DNA of 64,000 nucleotides from an uncultured SAR86 cluster bacterium (GCA_902613705.1 CACMIG010000001.1:115667-179666); one strand, 5' to 3'; shown: positions 14,598-30,191, counted from the stretch's first letter. The notes: a model not told the origin generated them from the letters alone. Numbers and translations: made by a program.

Positions 14598-15953
14598 TTA
14601 GTCCTTCTTTTTAGACCAATTTTCTTTGTTATCTTGCTTTGCCCTTCCTACACCTAAAGCATTATCAGGAACATCTTTTGTAATAACAGATCCAGCTGCA
14701 ACATATGCATTTGAGCCAATTGTTACCGGTGCAACTAGTGATGAATTGGTTCCAACAAAGCTGTTATCTCCAATCTTTGTTTGATGTTTTTCCTTACCAT
14801 CATAATTACATGTGATTGTACCTGCTCCTATATTGGAGTCACTGCCAATGTCAGCATCTCCAAGATATGCAAAATGATTAGCTTTAGATTCTTTGCCAAC
14901 TTTTGTTTTTTTAGTTTCAACAAAATTGCCTATCTTTGCTGAATCATCTATGTGACTTCCCTCTCTTAGTCTTGCATATGGTCCTATAGAACAATTATTC
15001 CCGACTTTTGATGATACTAAATGAGAAAAAGCCTCAATTTTTGAATTATCTCCAATCTCAACGTCTTTTAAAATTGTATTTGGGCCTACAGACACGTTAT
15101 TGCCTAACGATACATCACCCTCCAAAATTACGTTCACGTCAATAAAGCAATCTTTACCAGCAGAGACATCTCCTCTAACGTCAATTCTAGATGGATCAGA
15201 TATAGTTATGCCCATATTTAATAGATCGTTTGCTTTCATTTCTCTATATATTCCCTCTAACTCTGACAATTCTTCTTTTGTATTAGCGCCCTTTACTTCA
15301 TCATTGGGAACAATACATGTATTAATTCTAAACCCTTTTGTATTAATTATAGAAACAATATCTGTTAAATAGTACTCTGATGCAGCATTATCGTTATTTA
15401 CTTCGCCTATTGCCTCTTCAAGTAGTTTTTTATTACAACAAAGTATCCCTGTAAAAATTTCTTTTATCTTTTTATCTTCCTTAGACGCATCTTTTTCCTC
15501 AACTATTGATATTGCCAATCCATTTTCGTTTTTCTTCACTCTTCCATAGCCAGTTGGATTTTTGAGTTCTGTGCTCAAAATCGTGAGGCTATCATCTGTC
15601 ATTGAAATTAGATTATTAAGTGTTTCATTTTTTATTAGAGGAACATCGCCGTATAAAACTAAAACCTTTGAGTTTTGCTTTATGGAGTCTAGTGCAGATT
15701 TCACAGCATCAGCAGTGCCAATTGGCTTTTTTTGTTCACAAATATGATTAATTCCAGAAAATTTTTCTATCTCATTGATTACCGAATCTTTTTCGAAGCC
15801 AACTACAAAAGAAGTTTCATCAGTTAAATTTGAAACAGTATCAAAAATACGCCTTAGCATTGACAGTCCGCCAACAGGTTGAAGAGATTTTGCTTTGTTT
15901 GATTGCATTCTAGAGCCCTCTCCGGCAGCTAGAATTACAGTATGAATTTTCAC
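14598..15953 (-). CDS. glmU: bifunctional UDP-N-acetylglucosamine pyrophosphorylase / GlcN-1-P acetyltransferase
   Basis: LAAGEGSRM motif, C-terminal hexapeptide repeats, position upstream of glmS. Confidence 0.95.
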   Translation of the reverse strand: MKIHTVILAAGEGSRMQSNKAKSLQPVGGLSMLRRIFDTVSNLTDETSFVVGFEKDSVINEIEKFSGINHICEQKKPIGTADAVKSALDSIKQNSKVLVLYGDVPLIKNETLNNLISMTDDSLTILSTELKNPTGYGRVKKNENGLAISIVEEKDASKEDKKIKEIFTGILCCNKKLLEEAIGEVNNDNAASEYYLTDIVSIINTKGFRINTCIVPNDEVKGANTKEELSELEGIYREMKANDLLNMGITISDPSRIDVRGDVSAGKDCFIDVNVILEGDVSLGNNVSVGPNTILKDVEIGDNSKIEAFSHLVSSKVGNNCSIGPYARLREGSHIDDSAKIGNFVETKKTKVGKESKANHFAYLGDADIGSDSNIGAGTITCNYDGKEKHQTKIGDNSFVGTNSSLVAPVTIGSNAYVAAGSVITKDVPDNALGVGRAKQDNKENWSKKKD

Positions 15954-15975
15954 AATATAAGGCTAAATAGATACC

Positions 15976-16389
15976 TTACTGTTTTTTTCGCAGTTTTTGA
16001 ATAGTTTTTAGCCTCGCAACAGCTTCTGCGAGTTGGGCTGAAGCTTTTGCATAATCAATTGTTGTGTCTTTATTTGCAAGTTCCTGCTCAGCGACTTCTT
16101 TAGCTTTAATAGCCTCGGACTCGTCTAGGCTTTCCGCCCTTTCTGCAGTATCAGATAAAACAGTTACCAAATCTGGTTGAACCTCTAAGAATCCTCCAGA
16201 ACAGAAAAATGTTTCTTCATCCGGCCCATTTTGAACTCTAACAGGTCCAGCAGCTAGCCCCGTTAAAAGTGGTGTGTGGCCGGGTGCAATTCCAAGCTCT
16301 CCCAAAGTTCCAGTAGCAAACACCATAGTTGCTTCCCCAGAATAGATTTCCTCACTTGAAGAAACAATATTTATTTTTATGGTATTCAT
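15976..16389 (-). CDS. atpC: F0F1 ATP synthase subunit epsilon
   Basis: 137 aa, operon position after atpD. Confidence 0.9.
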   Translation of the reverse strand: MNTIKINIVSSSEEIYSGEATMVFATGTLGELGIAPGHTPLLTGLAAGPVRVQNGPDEETFFCSGGFLEVQPDLVTVLSDTAERAESLDESEAIKAKEVAEQELANKDTTIDYAKASAQLAEAVARLKTIQKLRKKQ

Positions 16390-16391
16390 AT

Positions 16392-18663
<2,272 letters not shown>

Positions 18664-18673
18664 TATTTATAAT

Positions 18674-20218
18674 TTAATAAGTTTGTGTTTTCTTAAAGTC
18701 TTCAACCAAAGCAGTAAATTGTGCTTCAATATCATCGTTCCAGTCACCTGTTGAGTTAATTTGTTCTTCGAGATCACCCTTTTCAGAGGTCAAATATCCA
18801 TGAAGGGCTTCTTCAAAATCAAGAATTTTTTCAACCTCTACATCCGCCATGTATCCTCTATCAGCAGCAAATAAACTTAATGCTTGTTGAGCAACACTCA
18901 TTGGCGCATATTGTTTTTGTTTTAGAAGTTCTGTAAAAGCTTTACCATTTGCAAGTTGCTGTTTAGTAGCATCGTCTAAATCAGAAGCAAACTGAGAGAA
19001 AGCAGCTAATTCACGATATTGAGCTAACGCAGTTCTCACACCACCAGCTAATTTTTTCATAATTTTCGTTTGCGCTGATCCCCCAACCCTTGATACAGAT
19101 AAACCTGGGTTAATTGCGGGTCTTACACCTGAATTAAATAATTCTGTTTCTAAATATATTTGTCCGTCTGTAATAGAAATTACATTGGTTGGAACAAAGG
19201 CTGAAACGTCTCCAGCCAAAGTTTCAATAATCGGCAATGCGGTTAATGAGCCTGTTTTACCTTTAACTTTACCACCAGTAACCTGCTCAACATAGTCGGC
19301 ATTTACTCTCGCAGCCCTCTCAAGCAACCTTGAGTGAAGATAGAACACGTCGCCAGGATATGCTTCTCTCCCTGGAGGCCTTTTAAGAAGCAATGATACC
19401 TGTCTATATGCAACAGCTTGTTTTGATAGGTCATCGTACACTATTAGAGCATCTTCCCCTTTATCTCTAAAATATTCTCCCATTGTGCATCCAGCATAGG
19501 CTGATAGATATTGCATAGGTGCTGGATCTGCAGCTGTGGCTGAAACAACAATGGTGTGTTCCATAGCTCCATGTTCCTCTAGTTTTCTAACAACATTAGC
19601 AACAGTTGATTGTTTTTGACCAATGGCAACATAAATACATTTAATACCCGTGCCTTTTTGGTTAATGATTGCGTCAATTGCAACAGCTGTTTTACCAGTT
19701 TGTCTATCACCAATAATTAATTCTCTTTGACCTCTTCCTATTGGAACCATAGCATCAACAGCTTTTAAGCCAATTTGAACAGGTTGATCTACTGACTGAC
19801 GTGCAATAACTCCAGGAGCAACAACCTCAACTGGTGAAGAGTGTTCAGCATTAATTTCACCCTTACCGTCAATAGGTGCACCCAATGTATTTACAACTCT
19901 ACCAAGCATTGCCTCCCCAACAGGCACCTCTAAAACTTTTCCAGTACAAACAGCTTTTTGACCTTCAATAATTTCAAGATAATCACCAAGAACAACTGCA
20001 CCAACAGAATCTTGTTCTAAGTTAAGTGCCATTCCTTTTGTGCCATTTTCAAATTCAATAACCTCACCATACATGACGTCACCCATGCCATGAATTCTTA
20101 CAATACCGTCTGAGACACTTACAACTATGCCTTCATTTTTTCTTTCAGCTGATAGATCAAGGCCAGCAATTTTTTCTTTTAGAACGCTGGAAATTTCTGA
20201 TGGATTTAATTGGCTCAT
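18674..20218 (-). CDS. atpA: F0F1 ATP synthase subunit alpha
   Basis: GDRQTGKT Walker A, 514 aa. Confidence 0.97.
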   Translation of the reverse strand: MSQLNPSEISSVLKEKIAGLDLSAERKNEGIVVSVSDGIVRIHGMGDVMYGEVIEFENGTKGMALNLEQDSVGAVVLGDYLEIIEGQKAVCTGKVLEVPVGEAMLGRVVNTLGAPIDGKGEINAEHSSPVEVVAPGVIARQSVDQPVQIGLKAVDAMVPIGRGQRELIIGDRQTGKTAVAIDAIINQKGTGIKCIYVAIGQKQSTVANVVRKLEEHGAMEHTIVVSATAADPAPMQYLSAYAGCTMGEYFRDKGEDALIVYDDLSKQAVAYRQVSLLLKRPPGREAYPGDVFYLHSRLLERAARVNADYVEQVTGGKVKGKTGSLTALPIIETLAGDVSAFVPTNVISITDGQIYLETELFNSGVRPAINPGLSVSRVGGSAQTKIMKKLAGGVRTALAQYRELAAFSQFASDLDDATKQQLANGKAFTELLKQKQYAPMSVAQQALSLFAADRGYMADVEVEKILDFEEALHGYLTSEKGDLEEQINSTGDWNDDIEAQFTALVEDFKKTQTY

Positions 20219-20227
20219 ATTTTCACC

Positions 20228-20764
20228 TTAAAAATTTAATTGGTTTACAAGTTTTTTAACCTTGCCTTTGATGGAAAGGTCTAATGTCTCATCTCCTATC
20301 TTTATTGATAGGCCGCCCATCATTGATGGGTCTTTAGAAAAATAAATATTGGCATCTTTGCCATAGGTTGATTTTAATTTGTCTTCAATATTTTGTTTGG
20401 CCTCTTCTCCAGGATTAACAGCTACAAAAACTTCTACTGATTTTTGTTCTTTATGCTCCTCTAAGAGTTCTTGATAAATTATATAGATTGTTTCGAGAAG
20501 ATTTAGGCGTTTATTTTCTGATAATATTTCTAATAGCTTTTTTGAAGTGTCAGAAATACTTTCATCAAATATATCGACCAATACAGTTACAACATCTTGT
20601 CTTGATAAGACAGGATTTTCAATGGTATTAATTACGCCATCGGTTTTTGATGCTAGCGCCATAGTTTTTAACTCAGACGCCATTTCGTCAATGTTTTTAG
20701 ATTCTAATGCCGAAGCAAATAATGCTTTGGCATATGGTCTGGCAAGAGGCGTTAACTCAATCAT
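20228..20764 (-). CDS. atpH: F0F1 ATP synthase subunit delta
   Basis: 178 aa, operon position. Confidence 0.85.
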   Translation of the reverse strand: MIELTPLARPYAKALFASALESKNIDEMASELKTMALASKTDGVINTIENPVLSRQDVVTVLVDIFDESISDTSKKLLEILSENKRLNLLETIYIIYQELLEEHKEQKSVEVFVAVNPGEEAKQNIEDKLKSTYGKDANIYFSKDPSMMGGLSIKIGDETLDLSIKGKVKKLVNQLNF

Positions 20765-20767
20765 TTT

Positions 20768-21238
20768 TTATAATTCCTCAGCAGCTTTTTTGAGGATTTC
20801 TTCATGTTTTTCCTTTGATATCTCATCCCCAAGAATTTTTTGAGTGGTATCAATTATTATGTCTGACATCTGCTGCCTCAATTCTTCTTTAGCTTTATTG
20901 GTTTCATTTTCTATTGTTGTTGATGCTGAAGTTAGTATCTTTTCGGCTTCTGCTTCTGCTTTGGATGTAGCATCACTTACAATTTGAGATGCTCTAGCAT
21001 TTGCTTTATCAAGAATTTCTGCTGCTTCGGCCTTTGCCTGATTAAGTTCTTTATCAAAGGCAAGCTTGGCTTCTTCTAATGAATCATCAGCTTTTTTTGC
21101 AGCCTCAAGACCGTCAGATATCCTTTTTTCTCTTTCTTTCATAACAGAGAGAATAGGAGGATAAATGTATCTCCAACAGATTGCTACAAATACAATCATT
21201 ACAACTGCTTGGGCAATTAAGGTTGCGTTTATGTTCAT
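20768..21238 (-). CDS. atpF: F0F1 ATP synthase subunit b
   Basis: 156 aa, N-terminal TM helix then charged coiled coil. Confidence 0.85.
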   Translation of the reverse strand: MNINATLIAQAVVMIVFVAICWRYIYPPILSVMKEREKRISDGLEAAKKADDSLEEAKLAFDKELNQAKAEAAEILDKANARASQIVSDATSKAEAEAEKILTSASTTIENETNKAKEELRQQMSDIIIDTTQKILGDEISKEKHEEILKKAAEEL

Positions 21239-21257
21239 TTTTTAGCTTCTATACTTT

Positions 21258-21488
<231 letters not shown>

Positions 21489-21502
21489 CTATAATTTGAG
21501 GA

Positions 21503-22731
<1,229 letters not shown>

Positions 22732-22814
22732 ATTCAGGCTTTGGGATATATTTATATATTTTTTCTGGCGAGAATTATAGAAACATAATGATTGATAAAC
22801 AAGCTGTTTGTCAG

Positions 22815-23654
22815 TTATTTTTTTATCTTTGCAATAATATTGTCGAGCTCATCAAGGCTTTTATAAAAAATAGATACTTTTCCAGATTTTTTATTCTTAG
22901 TTTCTATTTCAACCTTATGTCCAAATGATTCAGACATCTCTTGTTCTATATTCAACATATCGGTATCTTTTTGTTTGGATTTTGGTGAATTTTTAGATTT
23001 GTTTTTTAAAGAAGTATTGCTGAGATCTTTTACGGTCAATCTTTCCTTAATTATTTTTCTTGCCATTTTTTCCGCATCAGAGGGTGGCATTGATGCTAAA
23101 AGTTTTGCATGTCCCTTTTCAATTTTTCCTTCTGAAAGCAAATCAAGAACCGTTGCTGGCAAAGATAATATTCTAAGTGAGTTGGCTATTGTGCTTCTTG
23201 CCTTACCTGTTGAAGTCGCCACTTCGTCTTGAGTAAGTCCAAACTCTCTTTTTAGTCTATCAAGACCTCTTGCCTCTTCAACAGGATTAAGATCTTCTCT
23301 TTGAAGGTTCTCTATTAGGGCCGACACAAGGGCGTCTTGGTCTTTTTTTTGATCTACCAAACAGGGTATCGTTTCTAGTCCCGCCATTTTTGATGATCTT
23401 AACCTTCTCTCGCCAGCAATAACCTCATACTCATTAAGACCAAGCTCTCTTACCAAAATGGGTGAAAGAACCCCTTGTTTTTTTATTGATTCAGTTAATT
23501 CCTGAAGCTTTTCATTATCAAAGTTTGATCTTGGTTGAAACCTACCCGGCTTAATTTTTGATATTTCTATTTCTTTTACAGATCTTTGATTGGTATTAGA
23601 TTGTCCCAACAGCGCATCTAGTCCCTTGTTAAGGGTTTTATTTTCTTCAGACAT
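22815..23654 (-). CDS. parB: chromosome partitioning protein ParB
   Basis: GERRLRSSKMAG ParB box, HTH region, follows parA. Confidence 0.92.
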   Translation of the reverse strand: MSEENKTLNKGLDALLGQSNTNQRSVKEIEISKIKPGRFQPRSNFDNEKLQELTESIKKQGVLSPILVRELGLNEYEVIAGERRLRSSKMAGLETIPCLVDQKKDQDALVSALIENLQREDLNPVEEARGLDRLKREFGLTQDEVATSTGKARSTIANSLRILSLPATVLDLLSEGKIEKGHAKLLASMPPSDAEKMARKIIKERLTVKDLSNTSLKNKSKNSPKSKQKDTDMLNIEQEMSESFGHKVEIETKNKKSGKVSIFYKSLDELDNIIAKIKK

Positions 23655-24408
23655 ACTCCACCTTTCTAATAAGCTCTCCTGCTAGCGCCAAATATGCTCT
23701 TGCTCCATAAGAATCTGGTTTATATTTTATACCAGATATTCCATGGCTTGGAGCCTCGGCCAGTTTTACATTTCTGGGAATAAGGGTATTAAACACCAAG
23801 CTTTCAAAGTGTTTTTCAAGCTCATCAGAAACCTCTTTTGCAAGGTTGTTTCTCATATCAACCATTGTTCTTACTATCCCAAGGATCCTGTTTGATGACA
23901 TTTTTTTGTTTGATATTGTTTCAATAGTATTCATGAGTCCTGTTACTCCCTCGAGTGAATAATATTCGCACTGAAGTGGGATAAGTGTTCCAGAGGCACA
24001 AAACAGACCCTCGATGGTGAGTTGGTTTAGGGTTGGGGGTGTATCAATAATTGTATAGTCATAATTTTGAGAAATTGGTTCTAGGCTTTTAGACATGAAG
24101 CCTTGTTTGTTATCATTTCTTATTGCTATTTCAAGGGCAATGAGCTCCTCTCCTCCGGGTATAATTTTATAACCGTCGCTACTTTCATAGACACAGTCTT
24201 CTATTGAAGTATTTTCAAAGTAATGGTTGTAAAGGTTTGTGGTTGCGTTTTCCTTAATTCCTGCCGCCGTTGTGGCATTTCCTTGTGGGTCTAGGTCTAT
24301 TAATAATACTTTTCTTTTGGTTGCGGCCAGGCTTGCGGCGAGGTTAACTGCTGTTGTTGTTTTGCCAACTCCTCCTTTTTGGTTTGCAATTGCAATTACT
24401 TTATTCAT
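23647..24408 (-). CDS. parA: chromosome partitioning ATPase ParA/Soj
   Basis: deviant Walker A NQKGGVGKTT. Confidence 0.93.
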   Translation of the reverse strand: MNKVIAIANQKGGVGKTTTAVNLAASLAATKRKVLLIDLDPQGNATTAAGIKENATTNLYNHYFENTSIEDCVYESSDGYKIIPGGEELIALEIAIRNDNKQGFMSKSLEPISQNYDYTIIDTPPTLNQLTIEGLFCASGTLIPLQCEYYSLEGVTGLMNTIETISNKKMSSNRILGIVRTMVDMRNNLAKEVSDELEKHFESLVFNTLIPRNVKLAEAPSHGISGIKYKPDSYGARAYLALAGELIRKVEYV

Positions 24409-24988
24409 CTTTGCATAATAAAACTATGTTTCTTTCTTTTGTTGTGTCTTGATTGATTATTTCATATCTGAACATATTTTTGTCGATATCTTTTAACTCC
24501 TTTTTTATGTTTGATGCTTTTCCTTTAAGTAAAAGGTATTTTGTGTTTTTGTGGGTATTTGTTTTTGTAAGGTTTGTTGTTTTTTCAATAGTGGCAAAAG
24601 CTCTTGAGGTTATAATGTCAAACTTGCCTAGCTTATTTTTTTTGGTGATTGTTTTGTTAATTATTTCTGTATTCTTTAGGTTTAGTTCGTAGGATACTTT
24701 TTTTAGAAAATAACACTTCTTGTTATTGCTCTCTAATAAGCTTATTTTGTTTTCTGGTTTTGTTATTGATAATAGTATTCCTGGGAAGCCCCCTCCAGAA
24801 CCAAGGTCTAATACACTTTCATTTTTTTTTATATGATCAATTAATGGCTTGCAGTCTAAAATATCGTTCTCATATACCTCGTTATAGGATTCTCTTGAAA
24901 AAATGTTGTGGTTTTTGTTGAAGTCTAGAGCAAGGTTTATGAATGTTCTTATTTTGTTTTCTTGTTCGTCTGAAAAGACTCTAGGCAT
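24401..24988 (-). CDS. rsmG: 16S rRNA (guanine527-N7)-methyltransferase
   Basis: [13 protein letters not shown] motif, position after mnmG. Confidence 0.9.
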   Translation of the reverse strand: MPRVFSDEQENKIRTFINLALDFNKNHNIFSRESYNEVYENDILDCKPLIDHIKKNESVLDLGSGGGFPGILLSITKPENKISLLESNNKKCYFLKKVSYELNLKNTEIINKTITKKNKLGKFDIITSRAFATIEKTTNLTKTNTHKNTKYLLLKGKASNIKKELKDIDKNMFRYEIINQDTTKERNIVLLCKDE

Positions 24989-26825
24989 GTTGTTTTAAAA
25001 TTTCTTTTTTCTTTATTTGAATCAATATAAGGTTTACTGCTGCTGGTGTTACGCCTTCAATTTTTGATGCGTGTCCTATGGTTTCAGGTTTGTGTTTGAT
25101 GAGTTTTTCCTTAACCTCATTGGAGAGTCCGGGTATGTTGTTGTATTTAAGGTCTTGGGGAATTTTTTTGTTGTTTTGTTTTTGTGTCTTTTTAATTTCT
25201 CTTTTTTGTTTTTCAACATAGCCCATATATTTTGATTCAGTTGCGGCTCTTTTATAAAGGTTTCTGTCTTTCTTTTTTGGTTTAAAAACCTTTGTTGTAT
25301 CAATGTCTGTTCTCTTTAAAAGCTCAAAGACATTTTTGCTTTCGTTTAGTTTTAGTGTTTTGTTTTTTCTGTCTATGATTTTTGTTGTTTTGATTTTTTT
25401 AATTGCTTCTAGAAATTTTTTATATTCCATTTCTTTGGTTGTGAAACTGTTTTTTCTTTCGGCGTCTACAAGTCCAGCATTAAACGCTTTTATTAGAAGT
25501 CTTTGTTCAGCGTTGTTTTGAGAAAGCATAAGCCTGTGTTCTGCTCTGCTTGTAAACATTCTGTAGGGTTCTGTAATTCCGTGAGTTGTTAGGTCATCTA
25601 TTAAAACCCCTATATATGCTTCGCTTCTTTTTAAAACCATGGGTTGTTTTTTTTGAATTGATCTCACAGCATTAAGGCCGGCTATTAAACCCTGGGCGGC
25701 AGCTTCTTCATATCCCGTTGTTCCGTTTATTTGTCCTGCTAAATAAAAATTATTAAGGAATTTTGTTTCTAGTGATGTTTTTAGGTTTCTTGGGTCTACA
25801 AAATCATACTCTACAGCATAGCCAAACTCGTTTATGATCGCCCCTTCGAGGCCTCTAATGGAGTGTATAAAATCTTCTTGTGCTCTTCTGGGCAGGCTTG
25901 TTGATATTCCATTAGGGTATATCAGATCTTTGTTTATGCCTTCGGGTTCAATAAATATTTGGTGGCTTTCTTTATCACTAAATCTATTTACCTTGTCTTC
26001 GATTGATGGGCAATACCTGGGCCCAATTCCCACAATATCTCCTGAATACATAGCTGACAAGTGAGTGTTTTCTTTTATGATTTCATGGGTTTTTTTGTTG
26101 GTTCTTGTTATAAAGCATGAAAGTTGTTTTTGATGTTTTTTTGGTCTGTTGTATAAGGACATCCATGGCGTAGGTTTTTCACCAGGCTGCTCTTCCATAT
26201 GGGATGTTGAAATGCTTGAAAGCTTAATCCTAGCTGGGGTTCCTGTTTTCAGTCTTCCCATGGGAAGTTTTAGTGAATAGAGTTTTTCAGATAGTGGTAT
26301 CGCCGTTCCATCACCCATTCTTCCGCCTTTAGTTACTTCATTTCCTACATACATCTTTCCGTTTAAAAATGTGCCTGTGGTTAAGATGGTTCTTTTTGCT
26401 AATATGTTTTGGTTGCTTGTTATTACCCCGGTTACTTTATTGCTTTTAATTAAAATATCTTCAACCTCATCTTCGTATACATCAATATTTGTTTTTTTTA
26501 GTATTTTTTGAACTGCTTTTTTGTAAAGATCTCTATCACACTGAACCCTTAAAGCCTGAACCGCATCTCCTTTTCTTGTGTTAAGTGTTCTATATTGGAT
26601 ACCTGACATATCAGTGGCTGTTGGCATCAAGCCACCCATAGCGTCAATCTCTCTGACTATGTGTGATTTACCCAAACCTCCAATTGCGGGATTACAAGAC
26701 ATCTGACCTATAGCTTTTTTATTAAAGGTGACAAGAGCGCATGACATACCTAATCTGTGCACAGCGTATGCTGCCTCAACCCCGGCATGACCACCTCCAA
26801 CAACTATCACATCGTATTTATTCAT
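24981..26825 (-). CDS. mnmG: tRNA uridine 5-carboxymethylaminomethyl modification enzyme MnmG (GidA)
   Basis: [19 protein letters not shown] motif, 614 aa. Confidence 0.96.
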   Translation of the reverse strand: MNKYDVIVVGGGHAGVEAAYAVHRLGMSCALVTFNKKAIGQMSCNPAIGGLGKSHIVREIDAMGGLMPTATDMSGIQYRTLNTRKGDAVQALRVQCDRDLYKKAVQKILKKTNIDVYEDEVEDILIKSNKVTGVITSNQNILAKRTILTTGTFLNGKMYVGNEVTKGGRMGDGTAIPLSEKLYSLKLPMGRLKTGTPARIKLSSISTSHMEEQPGEKPTPWMSLYNRPKKHQKQLSCFITRTNKKTHEIIKENTHLSAMYSGDIVGIGPRYCPSIEDKVNRFSDKESHQIFIEPEGINKDLIYPNGISTSLPRRAQEDFIHSIRGLEGAIINEFGYAVEYDFVDPRNLKTSLETKFLNNFYLAGQINGTTGYEEAAAQGLIAGLNAVRSIQKKQPMVLKRSEAYIGVLIDDLTTHGITEPYRMFTSRAEHRLMLSQNNAEQRLLIKAFNAGLVDAERKNSFTTKEMEYKKFLEAIKKIKTTKIIDRKNKTLKLNESKNVFELLKRTDIDTTKVFKPKKKDRNLYKRAATESKYMGYVEKQKREIKKTQKQNNKKIPQDLKYNNIPGLSNEVKEKLIKHKPETIGHASKIEGVTPAAVNLILIQIKKKEILKQHA

Positions 26826-27036
26826 TAATAATTAAACTTTAATATCTATATTATATACTTTTTGTTATTTCTATTATGTTGATTGTTTTCTGTTAAAAAC
26901 TCATGCAATTCCTTTTTTTACATAGGATTATTTGATTTATAAAAACGGTTAAGCTTTGTTTAGAAACGGGTAACAAATACTTAACAAGTTGTTAGCAAAA
27001 AAAACAGTACAAAATTATTAACAAATAAATAACAAC

Positions 27037-28350
27037 CTATTTACCAATACAATAACTTCTAAATATATCTCCCAATAATGAATCTGAAAATTTTTCACCA
27101 ACAAGCTCATCAAGGCATGACCTTGCTAACCTAAGATCCTCAGCAACCAAATCCAAAGATAAATTCTCTTTTAAACCTTTTTGAGCAGAGACTAAGTTTT
27201 TAACAACATCCTGAAACAATTTATTATGCCTGTCTCTTATCATAAATTTATAGTCGTCTTTTTTAACACCCTTATTAAAAGAAGATAAAATTAATTTTTT
27301 AAGATCATCAAAACCATCACCTGTTTTAGCTGAAACACAACAGTCAAAATAATCAAAGTTCTCTTTATTAATATCAGTCTTATTCTGAACAGATATAAAA
27401 GATGTGTTTTTTGCTAAATCCTTAAAATTTTTGATTAAAGTTTTATCAAACACATCAAAAACTCCCATTACCAAATCAGCGTTTTTGATTTGAGATAAAG
27501 ATAAATCAATGCCCACACCCTCAATTTTATTATCAGTTTCTCTTATACCAGCAGAGTCTTGTATGGAAAAGACATTAGACTCGTAAAAAAGCTCACTGCT
27601 AATAATATCTCTTGTAGTGCCAGGTGTGTTTGAAACAATTGCCCTTTCAAAACCCAGAAGCCTATTAAACACAGAAGACTTGCCTGAGTTAACAGGACCA
27701 ACCAAAAGCACATTATTCTTTTGAGAAAACATTTTTTTATTAACACAACCAGACACAAAAGAGTTAAACCTGTTTACAAGGTTGCCCAAACCATCAACCA
27801 GCCCTTCATCCATATACTCATTACCCTCGTCAGAAAAATCAATTTCAGCCTCTACCCGCACTCTAATTTGATCAATTTCATCCGCAAAAGAAGAAATATT
27901 TGAAGACAAACCACCAAACAAAGAACTACCAGACAACACAGCCTCCTTATCATCTGTAGCATCTATAAGGTCTCCCAAAGCCTCAGCTTCATTCAAGCCC
28001 ATTTTATTATTCAAAAAAGCACGTTTGGTAAACTCACCCCCAGCAGCCTCATCAAAACCAACACTCTTAAACAAGGTAACAAAAGAAGACATTACAGCAA
28101 GGCTTCCATGTGCATAAACCTCAAAAGAATCTTCACCCGTATAACTATTTGGACCTTTAAAAACCAACAAACCAGCCTTATCAACCAATCGATCACCTTT
28201 ATAAAAACCCCTGACATGAAAACGACCAATTTCAAAACTTTTATTTTTAATAAGTTTTTTTAGCCCAGAATGACACCCTTCACCCGAAACCCTAAATATA
28301 CAAATGGCTGACTTGGCAGGCGGCGTTGCTAGCGCAAAAACAGGATGCAT
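27037..28350 (-). CDS. mnmE: tRNA modification GTPase MnmE (TrmE)
   Basis: GPVNSGKSS G1 motif, C-terminal CIGK. Confidence 0.93.
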   Translation of the reverse strand: MHPVFALATPPAKSAICIFRVSGEGCHSGLKKLIKNKSFEIGRFHVRGFYKGDRLVDKAGLLVFKGPNSYTGEDSFEVYAHGSLAVMSSFVTLFKSVGFDEAAGGEFTKRAFLNNKMGLNEAEALGDLIDATDDKEAVLSGSSLFGGLSSNISSFADEIDQIRVRVEAEIDFSDEGNEYMDEGLVDGLGNLVNRFNSFVSGCVNKKMFSQKNNVLLVGPVNSGKSSVFNRLLGFERAIVSNTPGTTRDIISSELFYESNVFSIQDSAGIRETDNKIEGVGIDLSLSQIKNADLVMGVFDVFDKTLIKNFKDLAKNTSFISVQNKTDINKENFDYFDCCVSAKTGDGFDDLKKLILSSFNKGVKKDDYKFMIRDRHNKLFQDVVKNLVSAQKGLKENLSLDLVAEDLRLARSCLDELVGEKFSDSLLGDIFRSYCIGK

Positions 28351-28352
28351 AG

Positions 28353-29879
28353 TTAGTCTGTATTAAGGGCGCCCTGCTGTTTGTAAAGATAGCTTTGTTG
28401 CCCAAGCTGAACACCAGTATTTACAACAGTATATAAACAAAGAGCAGCAGGGAAAAACAAAAAGAACACCGAAAACATTACAGGCATATACTTCATAACT
28501 TGTGCTTGGGTTGGGTCCATACCAGCGGGTTGAGGATTAAGCCTTTGTGTTAATATCATAAGCAAACCAAAAGCAGCAGGTAGAACAAAATATGGATCTG
28601 GAGCAGAGAGGTCTGTCCAAAAACCCAACGAACTATACCTTAACTCAACCATCTCTCTTAGAGCAAAAAAGAAGCCTATAAAAAACGGCATCTGAATAAA
28701 CAAAGGCAAACAGCCCCCAAGAGGGTTTGCCCCATGTTTTTTCATAAGTCTCATTGTTTCTGTTCCAGCTGCCTGGCGATCGTTCTTATACCTTTCTTTT
28801 ATCTCATTAAGCTCTGGAGTGATTTTTCTTAACGCAGCCATTGATTTAAAACTTTTAGCTGTTACAGGCCAAAACAACAACTTAATTAATATAGTAAATA
28901 TAATTATTGTTAAGCCCCAGCTATTAACATAACCATTAATAAAATCCATGACAAACACCATGGGTTGTGCCAAAAACCAAAACCAACCCATATCAATCGC
29001 TAGCTCTAAATTATCAGCCCTTTCCATAAGATCTTTTCTAATCTTTGGACCAACAAACAGCCTATGCTCATGACCATAAACCAGGTTGCTTGTTGAGGAC
29101 CCTTCTACCGTATAACCCATTCTGTAGAACCCAGACTCCTTTGGAAGAACGTAATAGTTATAAATATATTCATCTGAGCCAATAATGGCCGCAAAGAAAT
29201 ATTTTTGAACAAAAGCAACCCAACCAGACTTTGACAAAACCTCAAGGGGCTTATCGACCGAACTTAACCTCGATGTGGAATAAGGGTCAAGTTCTGTGCT
29301 TATCGCAACACCCTCATAGGAGCTGTTGTTCATCATTCCACCCTCAAGAGCACCCCTTTTCAAGTCAAGAGCCCTTCCTTTAGAACGATACAAACCTGCA
29401 AACGACTTACCATTAATTCCATTAACCGTTGAATCATAAACACTTACTTCATAACTAGCATCAGAAAAAGATATTTTCTTAGATACACCAAGCTCTGGAT
29501 CTAATAAAACGATAAAATCATCGCCTTTCTCTGAAACCTCATAAACTGGTGCGATTCCGGTAAACCCACTCTTAAAATAATATTGAAACGCCGAAGACTC
29601 AGAAGACCCAAACACCCTAAACCCCAAAGAACCATTTACATTTTCAACAGGATATTTTTTTAACCTCGCCTCAACAATAGAACCATTAGATACAGAAACA
29701 ACCAATGAAAGCTCATCGTTTTCAATTGAAACAAACTTGCTGTCATCCTTATAAAAGGACGACCCAACCATATCAAGGTGTTGTTTGATTGATTTTGTTT
29801 TTTGTTCTGAATTCCACTCATACAACAAAGCTAGAGAAAGAAAAACAATCAGAGCTAAATACAAACTTCTTATATTCAT
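28353..29879 (-). CDS. yidC: membrane protein insertase YidC
   Basis: 508 aa, large periplasmic domain then the conserved five-TM core (GCLPLFIQMPFF). Confidence 0.95.
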   Translation of the reverse strand: MNIRSLYLALIVFLSLALLYEWNSEQKTKSIKQHLDMVGSSFYKDDSKFVSIENDELSLVVSVSNGSIVEARLKKYPVENVNGSLGFRVFGSSESSAFQYYFKSGFTGIAPVYEVSEKGDDFIVLLDPELGVSKKISFSDASYEVSVYDSTVNGINGKSFAGLYRSKGRALDLKRGALEGGMMNNSSYEGVAISTELDPYSTSRLSSVDKPLEVLSKSGWVAFVQKYFFAAIIGSDEYIYNYYVLPKESGFYRMGYTVEGSSTSNLVYGHEHRLFVGPKIRKDLMERADNLELAIDMGWFWFLAQPMVFVMDFINGYVNSWGLTIIIFTILIKLLFWPVTAKSFKSMAALRKITPELNEIKERYKNDRQAAGTETMRLMKKHGANPLGGCLPLFIQMPFFIGFFFALREMVELRYSSLGFWTDLSAPDPYFVLPAAFGLLMILTQRLNPQPAGMDPTQAQVMKYMPVMFSVFFLFFPAALCLYTVVNTGVQLGQQSYLYKQQGALNTD

Positions 29880-30190
29880 TTTTTATCCATACTATCAGCA
29901 ATAGATCTCGCGGCTGAAGAGATCTCTTTCACCGCCTCTTCATATGATAACTCTCCAAAAGGACTAAATACAGAAAAAACCAAAATTCCGTCGGGCATAT
30001 CTATTGATAATTTTCTAAAAATTTCTTTTATCCATCTTTTGGCTTTGTTTCTCTCAACAGCAAGCCTAAAAAATTTTTTCGAGATTGATATTTTAAGCTC
30101 GCTATTTTTTGATCGCTTATAAAATATTCTAAAAAACTTGCAGGAATATAGACACTCAAAGGAGATAAATTGTTGATTGGATTTAGACAA
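29876..30190 (-). CDS. rnpA: ribonuclease P protein component
   Basis: AVERNKAKRWIKE motif; the ATG at 30280 would overlap all of rpmH, so a TTG start at 30190 is proposed (start uncertain). Confidence 0.75.
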   Translation of the reverse strand: MSKSNQQFISFECLYSCKFFRIFYKRSKNSELKISISKKFFRLAVERNKAKRWIKEIFRKLSIDMPDGILVFSVFSPFGELSYEEAVKEISSAARSIADSMDKK

Positions 30191-30191
30191 A

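Noticed and set aside
25441-25447. GTGAAAC half of a parS-like palindrome near parAB
   Set aside because: Only one half-site is present, inside the mnmG coding sequence. The partner GTTTCAC is absent.
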